Of a stretch of DNA of 55,480 nucleotides, positions 15,041-23,963 are shown piece after piece (the first letter of the stretch is position 1; each line of letters starts with the position of its first letter). Position numbers and translations under genes: made by a program. Source of the DNA: an uncultured Candidatus Saccharibacteria bacterium (GTDB taxonomy: Bacteria; Patescibacteriota; Minisyncoccia; Phycocordibacterales; Zambryskibacteraceae); assembly GCA_964603485.1 (NCBI GenBank), contig CAZRVE010000002.1, forward strand, positions 1 to 55,480, read 5' to 3'. The notes beneath the pieces were generated by a model. It ran no database searches. It had not been told where the DNA came from and saw only the letters and a program-made list of their open reading frames with translations.

Positions 15041-15138
15041 TGCCCTTTATTACTTCTTAGTATGTCTTTTATAGACTTATATACTGTCCCTTAAATAATA
15101 TCATGTCCTTTAGATAAAATCAAGGTGTCCTATATAGC
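15041..15138. promoter_or_regulatory. Array of five direct repeats TG(T/C)CCyTTAnATA at ~21-bp phasing in a divergent promoter region
   Basis: Repeat starts at 15041, 15063, 15085, 15104 and 15126 (spacings 22, 22, 19, 22). Confidence 0.45.
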
Positions 15139-15247
15139 AAATAAACGCCCTTGTTAAGCCATTTTTACTTTTCCCCAGAATCCACCCTCTTCAATCCCCC
15201 GCTCTCCCTCATGGTATGATGAACCAGTTGTTATTAGCGTCACCCCC

Positions 15248-17437
15248 ATGGGCAGAAAGAAGAAAGAAGAAAGTCTAAAAGAAACCATAAAAAAACCGTT
15301 CTCAAGCCTTAAAGAAGAGACTCTTCAGGGAGTGCTTGCGGTAGTATTTTTTGTAATAGGCGTGTTCCTACTCCTCGCAGCGTTCCATAAAGCTGGCCTT
15401 GTTGGAGAGAAGGTTTTTTCTCTTCTCACCGCCCTTTTCGGCTATGGGTACTATGTACTGTCCCTCTTCTTCTTTATGCTTTGTGTGTCGTTTTTTCAAA
15501 GCCTCGAAAGAAGATTTGCCCTTACCCAAACAATTGGCTCAGTGGTCTTCTTCTCTTCTGTTCTTGGAATCATCGATATACTTCTCCCTCAAGGTGGTGG
15601 GATCATCGGAAGATTTATCGCCCACCCATTAGTTGCTCTCTTTGAGGTATACGCCGCAAGCATCATCCTGGTAGCACTCCTCGTAATCTCGTTCCTGATC
15701 GTATTTGATACAACTCTTAAACTAGATTTCATTCTTGGCTGGAGAAAGTTCTTCTCAAAAAAACCGAAGGTGATTTCTGCTACAGAAGAAACCTCTGAAG
15801 AAGATACCCCTCCGCCACAGGATGAAGACACCGAAGAAGACAAGACATCCGCCCGTGGAAAGATGTTTGAGAGGAAAAAAGAAACAAAGGAAGAGGAGGA
15901 GGTTTTTGTAGCTCCAGCCAAGAGAAGAGTTATATCACTTACCCCTTTCTCTCCCCCGCCTCTCTCTCTTCTTGAAAGAGATCGAGGAAAACCTGGCGTC
16001 GGTGATGTGAAAGCCAATGCAAACATCATAAAAAGAACACTTCAAAACTTCGGTATTGCAGTTGAGATGGACGAAGTCTCTATTGGACCATCAGTAACTC
16101 GTTATGCACTTAAACCTGCAGAAGGAGTGAAGCTTTCAAAAATTTTAGGCCTTCAGAACAACCTCGAGCTTGCGCTTGCTGCTCACCCTGTTCGTATCGA
16201 GGCTCCTATTCCAGGAAAGTCGCTCGTGGGTATTGAAATGCCAAATACCACCAAAACAACAGTGGGGCTTGGAAGCCTTCTTGCGGAGCCTGAGTTCCAA
16301 GGATCAGACAAACCTCTCCTCGCCTCTTTGGGAAAGGGTATCTCTGGAAAATCTCACTTTGCAAATATCGCAAAGATGCCACATCTTCTGATTGCGGGCG
16401 CAACAGGGTCAGGAAAATCTGTGACAATACACGCAATCATTGCCTCCCTTCTCTTCCGCTCATCCCCTGAAACCTTGAAACTCATCATGATCGACCCAAA
16501 GCGGGTGGAACTTACTCTTTACAATAAGATCCCGCATCTCCTGACTCCGGTAATTACTGAAGCAAAGAAAGCGATTCTCGCACTCAAATGGGCTGCTAAA
16601 GAAATGGATCGCCGATATAACGTACTTGAAGAGTGCTCAGTAAGAGATATTGAGTCATATCATAAGAATATCCTCGAACCCGAGCTTGATAAGATGAAGG
16701 CGAAAGGTAAAACAGAAGGCGAAGACCTTCCAGAGACGATGCCTTATATCGTCATTATTATCGACGAGCTCGCAGATATCATGCAGGCTTACCCACGAGA
16801 ACTTGAATCTGCAATTGTAAGACTCGCTCAAATGAGTCGTGCAGTGGGAATCCACCTCATCCTCTCAACCCAACGCCCTTCAGTAAATGTCATTACTGGT
16901 CTCATTAAGGCGAACATCCCTTCTCGAATTGCACTTCAGGTGGCATCCCAAATCGATTCACGAACCATTCTTGATATGGCAGGGGCAGAAAAACTTCTTG
17001 GAGCCGGAGATATGCTCTTTATGTCTGGTGAAATGTCCAAGCCTCAGCGTATTCAATCAGCGTTTATTACTGAAGTAGAAGTAAAGAAACTTGCGAAGTA
17101 CCTTACTGAAAACTACGAAAACGAAATTCCTAGCGAACTCAACTTCGCAGAAGAAGGTTCAAGGAATTCTATCTTTGAAGCAACTCTTGGAGACGACGGG
17201 GAGGACGGAGATGATCTCTACGAAGAAGCCCGTGAAGTCGTCGTTGCAACAGGGAAAGCCTCGACCTCTTACCTCCAAAGAAAACTCGGAGTGGGATATG
17301 CTCGGGCTGCTCGACTCATGGACATGCTCGAAGAACGAGGAGTTGTGGGCCCAGGATCTGGATCAAAGCCAAGAGATGTGCTTATAAAAAATGACCATGC
17401 AATAACCGATCCAGGAGAAGAGGAACATGCGGGGTAA
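15248..17437 (+). CDS. ftsK: DNA translocase FtsK/SpoIIIE
   Basis: N-terminal TM segments, acidic linker, Walker A GATGSGKS, IIDELADIM, and a C-terminal gamma wHTH (ASTSYLQRKLGVGYARAARLMDMLEERGVVG). Confidence 0.9.
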   Translation: MGRKKKEESLKETIKKPFSSLKEETLQGVLAVVFFVIGVFLLLAAFHKAGLVGEKVFSLLTALFGYGYYVLSLFFFMLCVSFFQSLERRFALTQTIGSVVFFSSVLGIIDILLPQGGGIIGRFIAHPLVALFEVYAASIILVALLVISFLIVFDTTLKLDFILGWRKFFSKKPKVISATEETSEEDTPPPQDEDTEEDKTSARGKMFERKKETKEEEEVFVAPAKRRVISLTPFSPPPLSLLERDRGKPGVGDVKANANIIKRTLQNFGIAVEMDEVSIGPSVTRYALKPAEGVKLSKILGLQNNLELALAAHPVRIEAPIPGKSLVGIEMPNTTKTTVGLGSLLAEPEFQGSDKPLLASLGKGISGKSHFANIAKMPHLLIAGATGSGKSVTIHAIIASLLFRSSPETLKLIMIDPKRVELTLYNKIPHLLTPVITEAKKAILALKWAAKEMDRRYNVLEECSVRDIESYHKNILEPELDKMKAKGKTEGEDLPETMPYIVIIIDELADIMQAYPRELESAIVRLAQMSRAVGIHLILSTQRPSVNVITGLIKANIPSRIALQVASQIDSRTILDMAGAEKLLGAGDMLFMSGEMSKPQRIQSAFITEVEVKKLAKYLTENYENEIPSELNFAEEGSRNSIFEATLGDDGEDGDDLYEEAREVVVATGKASTSYLQRKLGVGYARAARLMDMLEERGVVGPGSGSKPRDVLIKNDHAITDPGEEEHAG

Positions 17438-17789
17438 TATCAAAAAAATCATACAGGTAGGTGGCATCTCCTTTATCGTGTTGATTATCTTCGGATACAG
17501 CCTCTTCCAGGCAAAAAACCTAATCATTGGGCCAACTTTCACCATAGAAACACCTCAAGATGGAGCGACTTTAGGAAATGAAGTATTTACCGTCAAAGGT
17601 GTAGCGCATAACGTAGCCTCAATTACCCTCAATGACTCCCCTATCTTTATCGATGAACAGGGGGTGTTTGAAGAGAAATTGATAGCCCCCCTCGGCTACT
17701 CTATAATAGAGCTCTCCGTCGCAGATCGTTTTGGAAGAAGGAAAACAGAGTACCTCCACTTAATTCAGAATAACAAAAACGATTTTTAG
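17427..17789 (+). CDS. Membrane-anchored hypothetical protein (Ig-like extracellular part)
   Basis: One N-terminal TM helix; 11-nt overlap with the ftsK stop. Confidence 0.5.
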   Translation: MRGNIKKIIQVGGISFIVLIIFGYSLFQAKNLIIGPTFTIETPQDGATLGNEVFTVKGVAHNVASITLNDSPIFIDEQGVFEEKLIAPLGYSIIELSVADRFGRRKTEYLHLIQNNKNDF

Positions 17790-17806
17790 CAATAAACCCC
17801 ATTATT

Positions 17807-18817
17807 ATGAAAAAAACCAAACCGCCTCAGGAAACAAAAGAAGAAAAAAATATCGAAGAGACCCTTCGGCAAATAAAAACAAAGTTTGGTGATGATGCAA
17901 TTATGAAGCTTGGTGAAAAGCCACGTGTTGACGTTCACGCGATCTCAACCGGATCCATTGGCCTTGATGTAGCGCTTGGCATTGGCGGTCTCCCTCGTGG
18001 AAGAATCATTGAAATATTTGGCCCAGAATCTTCAGGAAAAACCACCCTTTCCCTCCATGTGATTGCAGAGGCACAAAAGACGAATGGCATTTGCGCATTT
18101 ATTGACGCAGAACATGCAATGGATCCCGAATACGCAAAACGTCTTGGAGTAAAAATAGACGAACTCCTAATTTCTCAACCAGACACAGGAGAACAAGCGC
18201 TTGAAATTGTAGAGAGTCTTGTACGAAGCGGAAAGATGGACGTAATCGTCATCGACTCAGTCGCAGCGCTTACTCCCCGAGATGAAATAGAGGGTGACAT
18301 GGGGGCGCACCACGTAGGAAAACAGGCCCGTCTCATGTCGCAAGCCCTTCGAAAGCTTACCGCAATCGTCGCCCGATCAAAGACCATCGTAATTTTCATT
18401 AACCAAATTAGAATGCAAATCGGCGTAATGTTTGGAAATCCAGAAACGACACCTGGAGGAAAAGCTCTAAAATTCTACACATCAGTACGACTTGATATCC
18501 GCCGTATCGCCCAAATTAAAAAAGGAGATGAGGTCATGGGCGGACGGGTGCGGGTTAAGGTAGTAAAAAATAAAGTTGCCGCTCCTTTTAAACAGACAGA
18601 GTTTGACCTCATGTATAACGAAGGAATATCTCATGAGGGAGAGCTCATCGCGCTTGGAGAAAAATACGGCATCATCACAAAATCAGGAACTTCCTACTCA
18701 TACGGAGAAGAGAAAATTGGACGTGGATATGATTCAACAAGGCAATTCTTGAAAGAAAACACAAAAGTTGGCGCACAAATACTCAAAGATATCCTCAAAA
18801 AACTCAAGGAAGAATAA
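17807..18817 (+). CDS. recA: Recombinase RecA
   Basis: [59 protein letters not shown]. Confidence 0.97.
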   Translation: MKKTKPPQETKEEKNIEETLRQIKTKFGDDAIMKLGEKPRVDVHAISTGSIGLDVALGIGGLPRGRIIEIFGPESSGKTTLSLHVIAEAQKTNGICAFIDAEHAMDPEYAKRLGVKIDELLISQPDTGEQALEIVESLVRSGKMDVIVIDSVAALTPRDEIEGDMGAHHVGKQARLMSQALRKLTAIVARSKTIVIFINQIRMQIGVMFGNPETTPGGKALKFYTSVRLDIRRIAQIKKGDEVMGGRVRVKVVKNKVAAPFKQTEFDLMYNEGISHEGELIALGEKYGIITKSGTSYSYGEEKIGRGYDSTRQFLKENTKVGAQILKDILKKLKEE

Positions 18818-18845
18818 TTGACATATTCCCTCTTTCGGATAGAGT
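18818..18845 (+). promoter_or_regulatory. Promoter TTGACA-N16-TAGAGT immediately after the recA stop
   Basis: TTGACA 18818-18823, 16-nt spacer, TAGAGT 18840-18845. Same architecture as the rplJ promoter. Confidence 0.45.
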
Positions 18846-18847
18846 AG

Positions 18848-19072
18848 CTCTACCAAACGGACCTGTAGAGCCTGTGGAACCCTAGAGAGGATTTGGTTTG
18901 TAAAAACCTCTAGGACACCCGCCCCACAAGAGCAACCTACGAAAGTAGGATGGGAGGCATCCGATGTTTTGGCCCCGGGACCGAATTTCCGGACTAAGCC
19001 CAAAGGGCTCACCGTCATATGTTTGGGAGACGCATGTCGACCACAGAGAGCTCACTCTGTGGTTCTTTTTTT
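18848..19072 (+). ncRNA. Candidate structured small RNA (~200-225 nt), class unknown
   Basis: Bounded by its own promoter and a plus-strand-specific intrinsic terminator. Closing helix 18849-18858 / 19021-19030. Internal hairpins at 18881-18914, 18936-18949 (GAAA loop), 18975-18992 and 18997-19009. Confidence 0.45.
19040..19072 (+). terminator. Rho-independent terminator (plus-strand specific)
   Basis: Stem ACCACAGAG / CTCTGTGGT followed by TCTTTTTTT. The reverse complement has no T-tract. Confidence 0.75.
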
Positions 19073-19421
19073 ATTCCAATTCTCTCGCCTCTTCCATTCG
19101 AGACGTCGCAATAGATTTTATGAGATCAGCAATTTCCTTTGCTCTCATTACCTGCTGGTCACCTTTCAAGTCAAAGTAATCGGCAGAAATTGCAATAACC
19201 CTTGTAACATCCTCATCGGGAATATATTGAACTTGCAAGAGTTCCACTCCGTTCCTCTCAAAAACATCTTGGATAAAATCCTTCATTTGCTTTGAGTCAA
19301 AACACATTCTAAAACCTTCTGCGAGAGGACCTGACAAAGATTCCATAGAATCAGCTGGCATCTTCTCAAAATGAGCCTCGTCTTCACCTTCTGGAATGTG
19401 TGTGGGGGCTTCAAATGTCAT
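19071..19421 (-). CDS. Acidic hypothetical protein (116 aa)
   Basis: ORF with no recognisable motif; its stop codon overlaps the T-tract of the convergent terminator. Confidence 0.5.
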   Translation of the reverse strand: MTFEAPTHIPEGEDEAHFEKMPADSMESLSGPLAEGFRMCFDSKQMKDFIQDVFERNGVELLQVQYIPDEDVTRVIAISADYFDLKGDQQVMRAKEIADLIKSIATSRMEEARELE

Positions 19422-19516
19422 AGTGTAATAGTACCTCGCCCTTCATCCTATATCAAAGCCGAAACATGGACTTTTTCCCTTATCCTGTTAAAATCTAGCT
19501 CTAAAAAAACGCTTAT

Positions 19517-20089
19517 ATGCTTGAATACAACGAAATTACTGAGAGAAAATACATAGTTCTAGACGGAGCTCCCTATGAAGTAATAGGCTCCCATGTATTC
19601 CGAAAACAGCAAAGAAAGCCGGTAAATGCAACAAAGCTCAAAAACCTCATCACCGGAAAAGTAACCGAGCGATCATTCCATGTATCTGAAAAGGCGGAGG
19701 AAGCAGATATTGCCTATCGAGATATAAAATACCTTTATAACAACCGCGGAGAATGGTGGTTCTGTGAAACGAGCGATCCTTCGAAACGATTCCAACTTAC
19801 GACAGAAATGCTCGGAACCGCAAGTCAGTTTCTAAAAGCAAACGCCCTTATTGAGGCAATGATTTTTGATGATCAGATTATTGGAGTAAAACTTCCTATA
19901 AAAGTCGACCTCAAAGTAACCGAGGCTCATCCCGCAGTACGGGGAGATACCGCAAAAGGTGGATCCAAACAAGTGGTACTCGAAACTGGAGCAACGATAC
20001 TAGTCCCTATGTTCGTAAAAGAAGGAGATGTGATTCGCATCAACACAGAAACTGGAGAATATACAGACCGTGTAGGAAATTCTTTCTAA
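19517..20089 (+). CDS. efp: Elongation factor P
   Basis: ...YIVLDGAPYEVIGSHVFRKQQRKPVNATKLKNLITGK... matches the EF-P N-terminal KOW/OB pattern; 190 aa. Confidence 0.9.
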   Translation: MLEYNEITERKYIVLDGAPYEVIGSHVFRKQQRKPVNATKLKNLITGKVTERSFHVSEKAEEADIAYRDIKYLYNNRGEWWFCETSDPSKRFQLTTEMLGTASQFLKANALIEAMIFDDQIIGVKLPIKVDLKVTEAHPAVRGDTAKGGSKQVVLETGATILVPMFVKEGDVIRINTETGEYTDRVGNSF

Positions 20090-20388
20090 GAAACTTCCTC
20101 CTCACCCTCCTCCCTCATCTGCTTTTTCATTAAGTTTCCAAACAAGTGCGCCACGAGTGAAGCGACGAGTGCCCAAAAAAGAGTGATAAACATAACCTCA
20201 CCTTTTATTGATGCATAGTCTGGACCTAAAAAAGCTTCAAGTAAAAAAAGTGGTGAAAATATAGGGACAAGAAAAGGATCGACCAAACATCCACTATAAA
20301 GTGGGCATGTTATTTTAAGAAAAAATATAAGAGGGATTAAGAAAAATCCAAAAATTCCTCCCTGAGCCCAGTAAGGCAAACGTGTCAT
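20086..20388 (-). CDS. Small membrane protein
   Basis: Hydrophobic ORF. Start moved to M12 (20388) because the upstream Met lies inside the rpsR terminator hairpin. Confidence 0.45.
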   Translation of the reverse strand: MTRLPYWAQGGIFGFFLIPLIFFLKITCPLYSGCLVDPFLVPIFSPLFLLEAFLGPDYASIKGEVMFITLFWALVASLVAHLFGNLMKKQMREEGEEEVS

Positions 20389-20403
20389 ATGAGATATTCT
20401 ACA

Positions 20404-20437
20404 CGAAAAACCCCTGCCCATTCATCATGGGCAGGGG
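20404..20437 (-). terminator. Rho-independent terminator after rpsR
   Basis: 10-bp stem CCCCTGCCCA / TGGGCAGGGG with a T-run on the minus strand. Confidence 0.7.
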
Positions 20438-20452
20438 TTTTCGCATTTGTAA

Positions 20453-20647
20453 CTATTGTGCAACAAACGGAAGGAGTCCCAAAAAGCGAGCTCGCTTAAT
20501 TGCAAGTGCAATCTGTCTCTGGTTCTTTGCAGAAAGCCCAGTCTTACGACGCGAAATGATTCGAGCGTGAGGATTGAGGAATTTCTTTAAAAGCTCCGTG
20601 TCCTTATAGTCAACATACGTAACAATAGGGGTTTGAGTCTGTTTCAT
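20453..20647 (-). CDS. rpsR: 30S ribosomal protein S18
   Basis: ...[31 protein letters not shown]. Confidence 0.9.
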   Translation of the reverse strand: MKQTQTPIVTYVDYKDTELLKKFLNPHARIISRRKTGLSAKNQRQIALAIKRARFLGLLPFVAQ

Positions 20648-20664
20648 TTTTTATTTTTGAATCT

Positions 20665-21117
20665 CTAAAACGGAATATCGTCAGGGTTTATCTCTTCTTC
20701 AGGATACTCGATAGTATCGAGAGCCTCCTTCTCTACCGCTCCAGATTTCTGAGGAGCACTTGGTGCTTTTGAGAAAGAGGAATCCCCCTCTCTTCGTGGT
20801 CCAAACTGTACCCTCTCGGCAACAAGCTCTGTACGGTACTTCTTTGTACCATCCTGGGCGTCCCAAGACCTGGTCTGCATTCTTCCTTCAACATAGACCG
20901 AGCTACCCTTTCGAAGGTACTGCGACACAGTTTCTGCCTGACGTCCGAAGACCACTACATTGTGGTAATCTACGCTTTCTTGGCGAGCACCATTCTTATC
21001 TTTCCATACACGATTTGTAGCAACAGAGAAACTTGTCACCTGGATACCAGATGGGAGGGCCTTTGTTTCTGGATCTCTCGTGAGATTCCCGAAAATAATT
21101 GCTTTGTTGATATACAT
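20665..21117 (-). CDS. ssb: Single-stranded DNA-binding protein
   Basis: MYINKAIIFGNLTRDPE...; OB-fold pattern; acidic tail ending DDIPF. Confidence 0.9.
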   Translation of the reverse strand: MYINKAIIFGNLTRDPETKALPSGIQVTSFSVATNRVWKDKNGARQESVDYHNVVVFGRQAETVSQYLRKGSSVYVEGRMQTRSWDAQDGTKKYRTELVAERVQFGPRREGDSSFSKAPSAPQKSGAVEKEALDTIEYPEEEINPDDIPF

Positions 21118-21146
21118 TCTAGAGAAGTTAGCTTATTACTATCTCC

Positions 21147-21626
21147 TTATTCTATCACGAGCTCATCAATGCTCTTGTCAATCGAAACCTCAGCAACCTT
21201 TGGACTCAAAGGAGGTGCTTCTGGAGCCTGTTCTCCCTCTTCGCCGTCTAAAGCAGGTCGGACAACTACTGGAGTCTCTCTTGTGGTCTTGATGAGAATG
21301 AAGCGCAAAACGGTTTCCATACTGTCGAGAACCTTCTTCACTTCAACTGCCCCACTTGGAGTGGTCTCAAACTTAACCCAACCAAAATAAGCCGTATCAA
21401 AGCGCTCATTTTTGGTTCCTACAGACTTTACCATCTCATACGCAAGAGGCCTCATGAGAGGCGCCTCTTCGGAGAGAATTGCTCCATTACCCTTGGTAAT
21501 GGCATCTTTCACACGGAGAACTGATTCAGGAATATGCTCTTCTGGAACGGAAGGAAGCAATAGATAGCCTACTTCATAGACCCGAAGAGCGTTCGATTCC
21601 TGATCGCCCTCAAATACTTCGGTCAT
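21147..21626 (-). CDS. rpsF: 30S ribosomal protein S6 (with N- and C-terminal extensions)
   Basis: YEVGYLLLP...LAYEM...VLRFILIKT pattern; rpsF-ssb-rpsR synteny. Confidence 0.7.
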   Translation of the reverse strand: MTEVFEGDQESNALRVYEVGYLLLPSVPEEHIPESVLRVKDAITKGNGAILSEEAPLMRPLAYEMVKSVGTKNERFDTAYFGWVKFETTPSGAVEVKKVLDSMETVLRFILIKTTRETPVVVRPALDGEEGEQAPEAPPLSPKVAEVSIDKSIDELVIE

Positions 21627-21691
21627 ATTCGGTCATTCCTTAATTAATAATTCCCAAAATAGGGATGCCCCACATTACCACAGAGTCTGTC

Positions 21692-22483
21692 CTATTGGCA
21701 ATCCAGCCCAAATAACACCCCTGCATTCTCTAAAAGTTGAACTTTGAATGAGTTTTTATCTTCTCCCCGAATCTCGGAAAGAACGTCTGCAACATAAGAA
21801 ACATACGCAGGCTCATTTCTCTTGCCTCGAAAAGGGACTGGGGCAACGTATGGAGCGTCGGTCTCAGAGAGGATTTTATCTCGAGGAGCAAAGCGAACTA
21901 TCTCATCATAATCTCGTGCAAAAGTCACAACCCCCGTAAACGAAATACTGAAACCTATTTCAAAAAGCCTTCGCGCAATATCAAGTGACCCTGCGAAAAA
22001 GTGAGCGTTACCTCGGAGCCTGTCACCAAAGTCCCTTGCGTATACCTCCAAAATATCGAGCGAATCCCCGTATGCATCACGACAATGAAGCATCAAGGGC
22101 TTATTGTGTGTAATTGCAAAATTGATTTGCTTCTCAAACAAATCTTTTTGCCTCTTTTTTTCCGATAATAAATCTCCTTCAAACCTAAAGTAATCGAGCC
22201 CGCACTCACCAACTGCAACCGTCTTTGAACTTTTTACTAAAATCTCAAAAGATTTTTCATCAAATTCTTCATCTGTCCGATCGCGAGGATGAATCCCTAC
22301 ACAGGCAAACACTCCCTCATTTTGCTCGGCAATCTCTACCGCACGAGTAGAACTCTTCAGATCTGTTCCGATTGTGGTAGCCCAAGTATTGGATTCTTTA
22401 AGGCGCTTGATCACCTCTTCCCTGTCAGCGTCATACTTCTCATCATCTATATGACAATGAATATCAAAATATTCTGGTTTCAT
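21692..22483 (-). CDS. TatD-family metal-dependent hydrolase/DNase
   Basis: FDIHCHID at the N-terminus, GECGLDY, HCRDA, ETDAPY motifs. Confidence 0.85.
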   Translation of the reverse strand: MKPEYFDIHCHIDDEKYDADREEVIKRLKESNTWATTIGTDLKSSTRAVEIAEQNEGVFACVGIHPRDRTDEEFDEKSFEILVKSSKTVAVGECGLDYFRFEGDLLSEKKRQKDLFEKQINFAITHNKPLMLHCRDAYGDSLDILEVYARDFGDRLRGNAHFFAGSLDIARRLFEIGFSISFTGVVTFARDYDEIVRFAPRDKILSETDAPYVAPVPFRGKRNEPAYVSYVADVLSEIRGEDKNSFKVQLLENAGVLFGLDCQ

Positions 22484-23952
22484 TAGTCTTTTCGAACAAA
22501 TAGAGGCTCAGTAGGTGTTGAGTTATTCTTCACACAACTGATTATTTTCTCTGCAGTAAATGGCAAAACTGGAGTGAGCATAAGAGCTATCTTATGCAAC
22601 TCAACCACCAAATCTGATATTACCTGTTTACCTTTTTCTGGATCCGTCTTCACGAGCTTAAATGGTGTTTGGGTTTGAATCATCAAATCTAGAGCGGAGA
22701 TCTGTTGCCAAATTATATCTGTAGCCTTACCTATTTCAAATTTTTCTAAATGTTTTGTGAATTCTGGAAATGCGAAATTATTTAAAACATCTACCGGATG
22801 ATCTAAATTATCAGCCGCCATTTTCATGATACGGCTGGTAAGGTTGCCGATACCATTCGCAAGATTTGCATTGTATACCTCCTTAAATCTTTCAGGAGTA
22901 AAATCGGAATCTTCAAAAGTTGAAAGTTCTCGTGCGACAAAATACCGCAACGCATCGACTCCATACCCATCGATAATGTTCTGTGGGCTTATGACATTAC
23001 CTAGACTCTTACTCATCTTCTGCCCACCACTTGTGATAAAACCATTTACCACAATTGTGTGGCTACTAGGCAAGCCTGCTGCCATAAGCATGGCCTGCCA
23101 CATAACTGATTGAAAACGAGTATTGTCCTTTCCACAGTACTGCACCGGGGTTCCCTTTACCCAAAATTTCTCAAATTGGGTCTCATCATCAGGCCAACCT
23201 AGAGTTGAAATGTAATTTACTAGTGCATCAAACCATACGTACATCACATGATCTTCATCATTTGGCACAGGAACCCCCCAAGACATTTTTGATTTAAGAC
23301 GTGAAATGCTGAAATCCTCAAGTCCCCTTTTTACAAACTCTCGCATTTCATTTAGACGAAAATCTGGCACTACAAAACTTCTTCCCCCTTTTTCTGTTTT
23401 GTCATAAAGATCTAGAAGACGAGTTCCAAATTCACTAAATTTAAAGAAATAATTCTCCTCCTCAAGAACTTGTATTTCAAGATTTGGATGAATAAGACAA
23501 TGGCCATCTGCGAGCTCTGATTCTGTCTTATTCTCCTCGCACCCAACACAATATTTTGCAGTATAGTTTTTCTTATAAATATATCCCGCATCGTATACCC
23601 TCTTCCAAAATTCCTGAGCTGCTCTCTCATGGTGCGTATCTGTTGTTCGCACAAAATGGACATCTTCTGAAATACCAAGAAGTGGTGCGAGCTTTTTAAA
23701 GCTTAAAGCATATTGATCCACATATTCTTTTACATCTCTACCCGCCTTCTTTGCAGTATCGAACAGTTTCTGCCCATGTTCATCTGTGCCGGTATTAAAA
23801 AACACATCAAAGCCTTGTAGTTTTTTGTACCGCGCAATAATGTCTGCGCGAATAAGTTCCATCGCAAATCCAATATGCGGTTCTGCATTCACATACGGAA
23901 GAGTCGTAGTGATATAGAAATATTTTTTTTGCTCACCCGGATCAGTCGGCAT
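22483..23952 (-). CDS. metG: Methionyl-tRNA synthetase (short form)
   Basis: YITTTLPYVNAEPHIGF (HIGH-type) and KMSKSLGN motifs. Confidence 0.95.
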   Translation of the reverse strand: MPTDPGEQKKYFYITTTLPYVNAEPHIGFAMELIRADIIARYKKLQGFDVFFNTGTDEHGQKLFDTAKKAGRDVKEYVDQYALSFKKLAPLLGISEDVHFVRTTDTHHERAAQEFWKRVYDAGYIYKKNYTAKYCVGCEENKTESELADGHCLIHPNLEIQVLEEENYFFKFSEFGTRLLDLYDKTEKGGRSFVVPDFRLNEMREFVKRGLEDFSISRLKSKMSWGVPVPNDEDHVMYVWFDALVNYISTLGWPDDETQFEKFWVKGTPVQYCGKDNTRFQSVMWQAMLMAAGLPSSHTIVVNGFITSGGQKMSKSLGNVISPQNIIDGYGVDALRYFVARELSTFEDSDFTPERFKEVYNANLANGIGNLTSRIMKMAADNLDHPVDVLNNFAFPEFTKHLEKFEIGKATDIIWQQISALDLMIQTQTPFKLVKTDPEKGKQVISDLVVELHKIALMLTPVLPFTAEKIISCVKNNSTPTEPLFVRKD

Positions 23953-23963
23953 AACAAAAGGGA

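Noticed and set aside
18848-19039. Assignment of the recA-downstream RNA to SRP RNA, RNase P RNA, tmRNA or 6S RNA
   Set aside because: The conserved SRP helix-8 sequence (GGAAGCAGC type), the RNase P P4 motif (GGAAAGUCC) and a tRNA-like 3' end ending CCA are all absent. 6S RNA cannot be confirmed or excluded by eye, so the RNA is left unclassified.
18734-19295. ORFs 18734-19018 (-), 18964-19179 (+) and 18969-19295 (+)
   Set aside because: They cross the recA stop, the candidate sRNA and its terminator, or run antisense to CDS 19071-19421. They have no SD and no motifs, so the region is better explained as a structured RNA.
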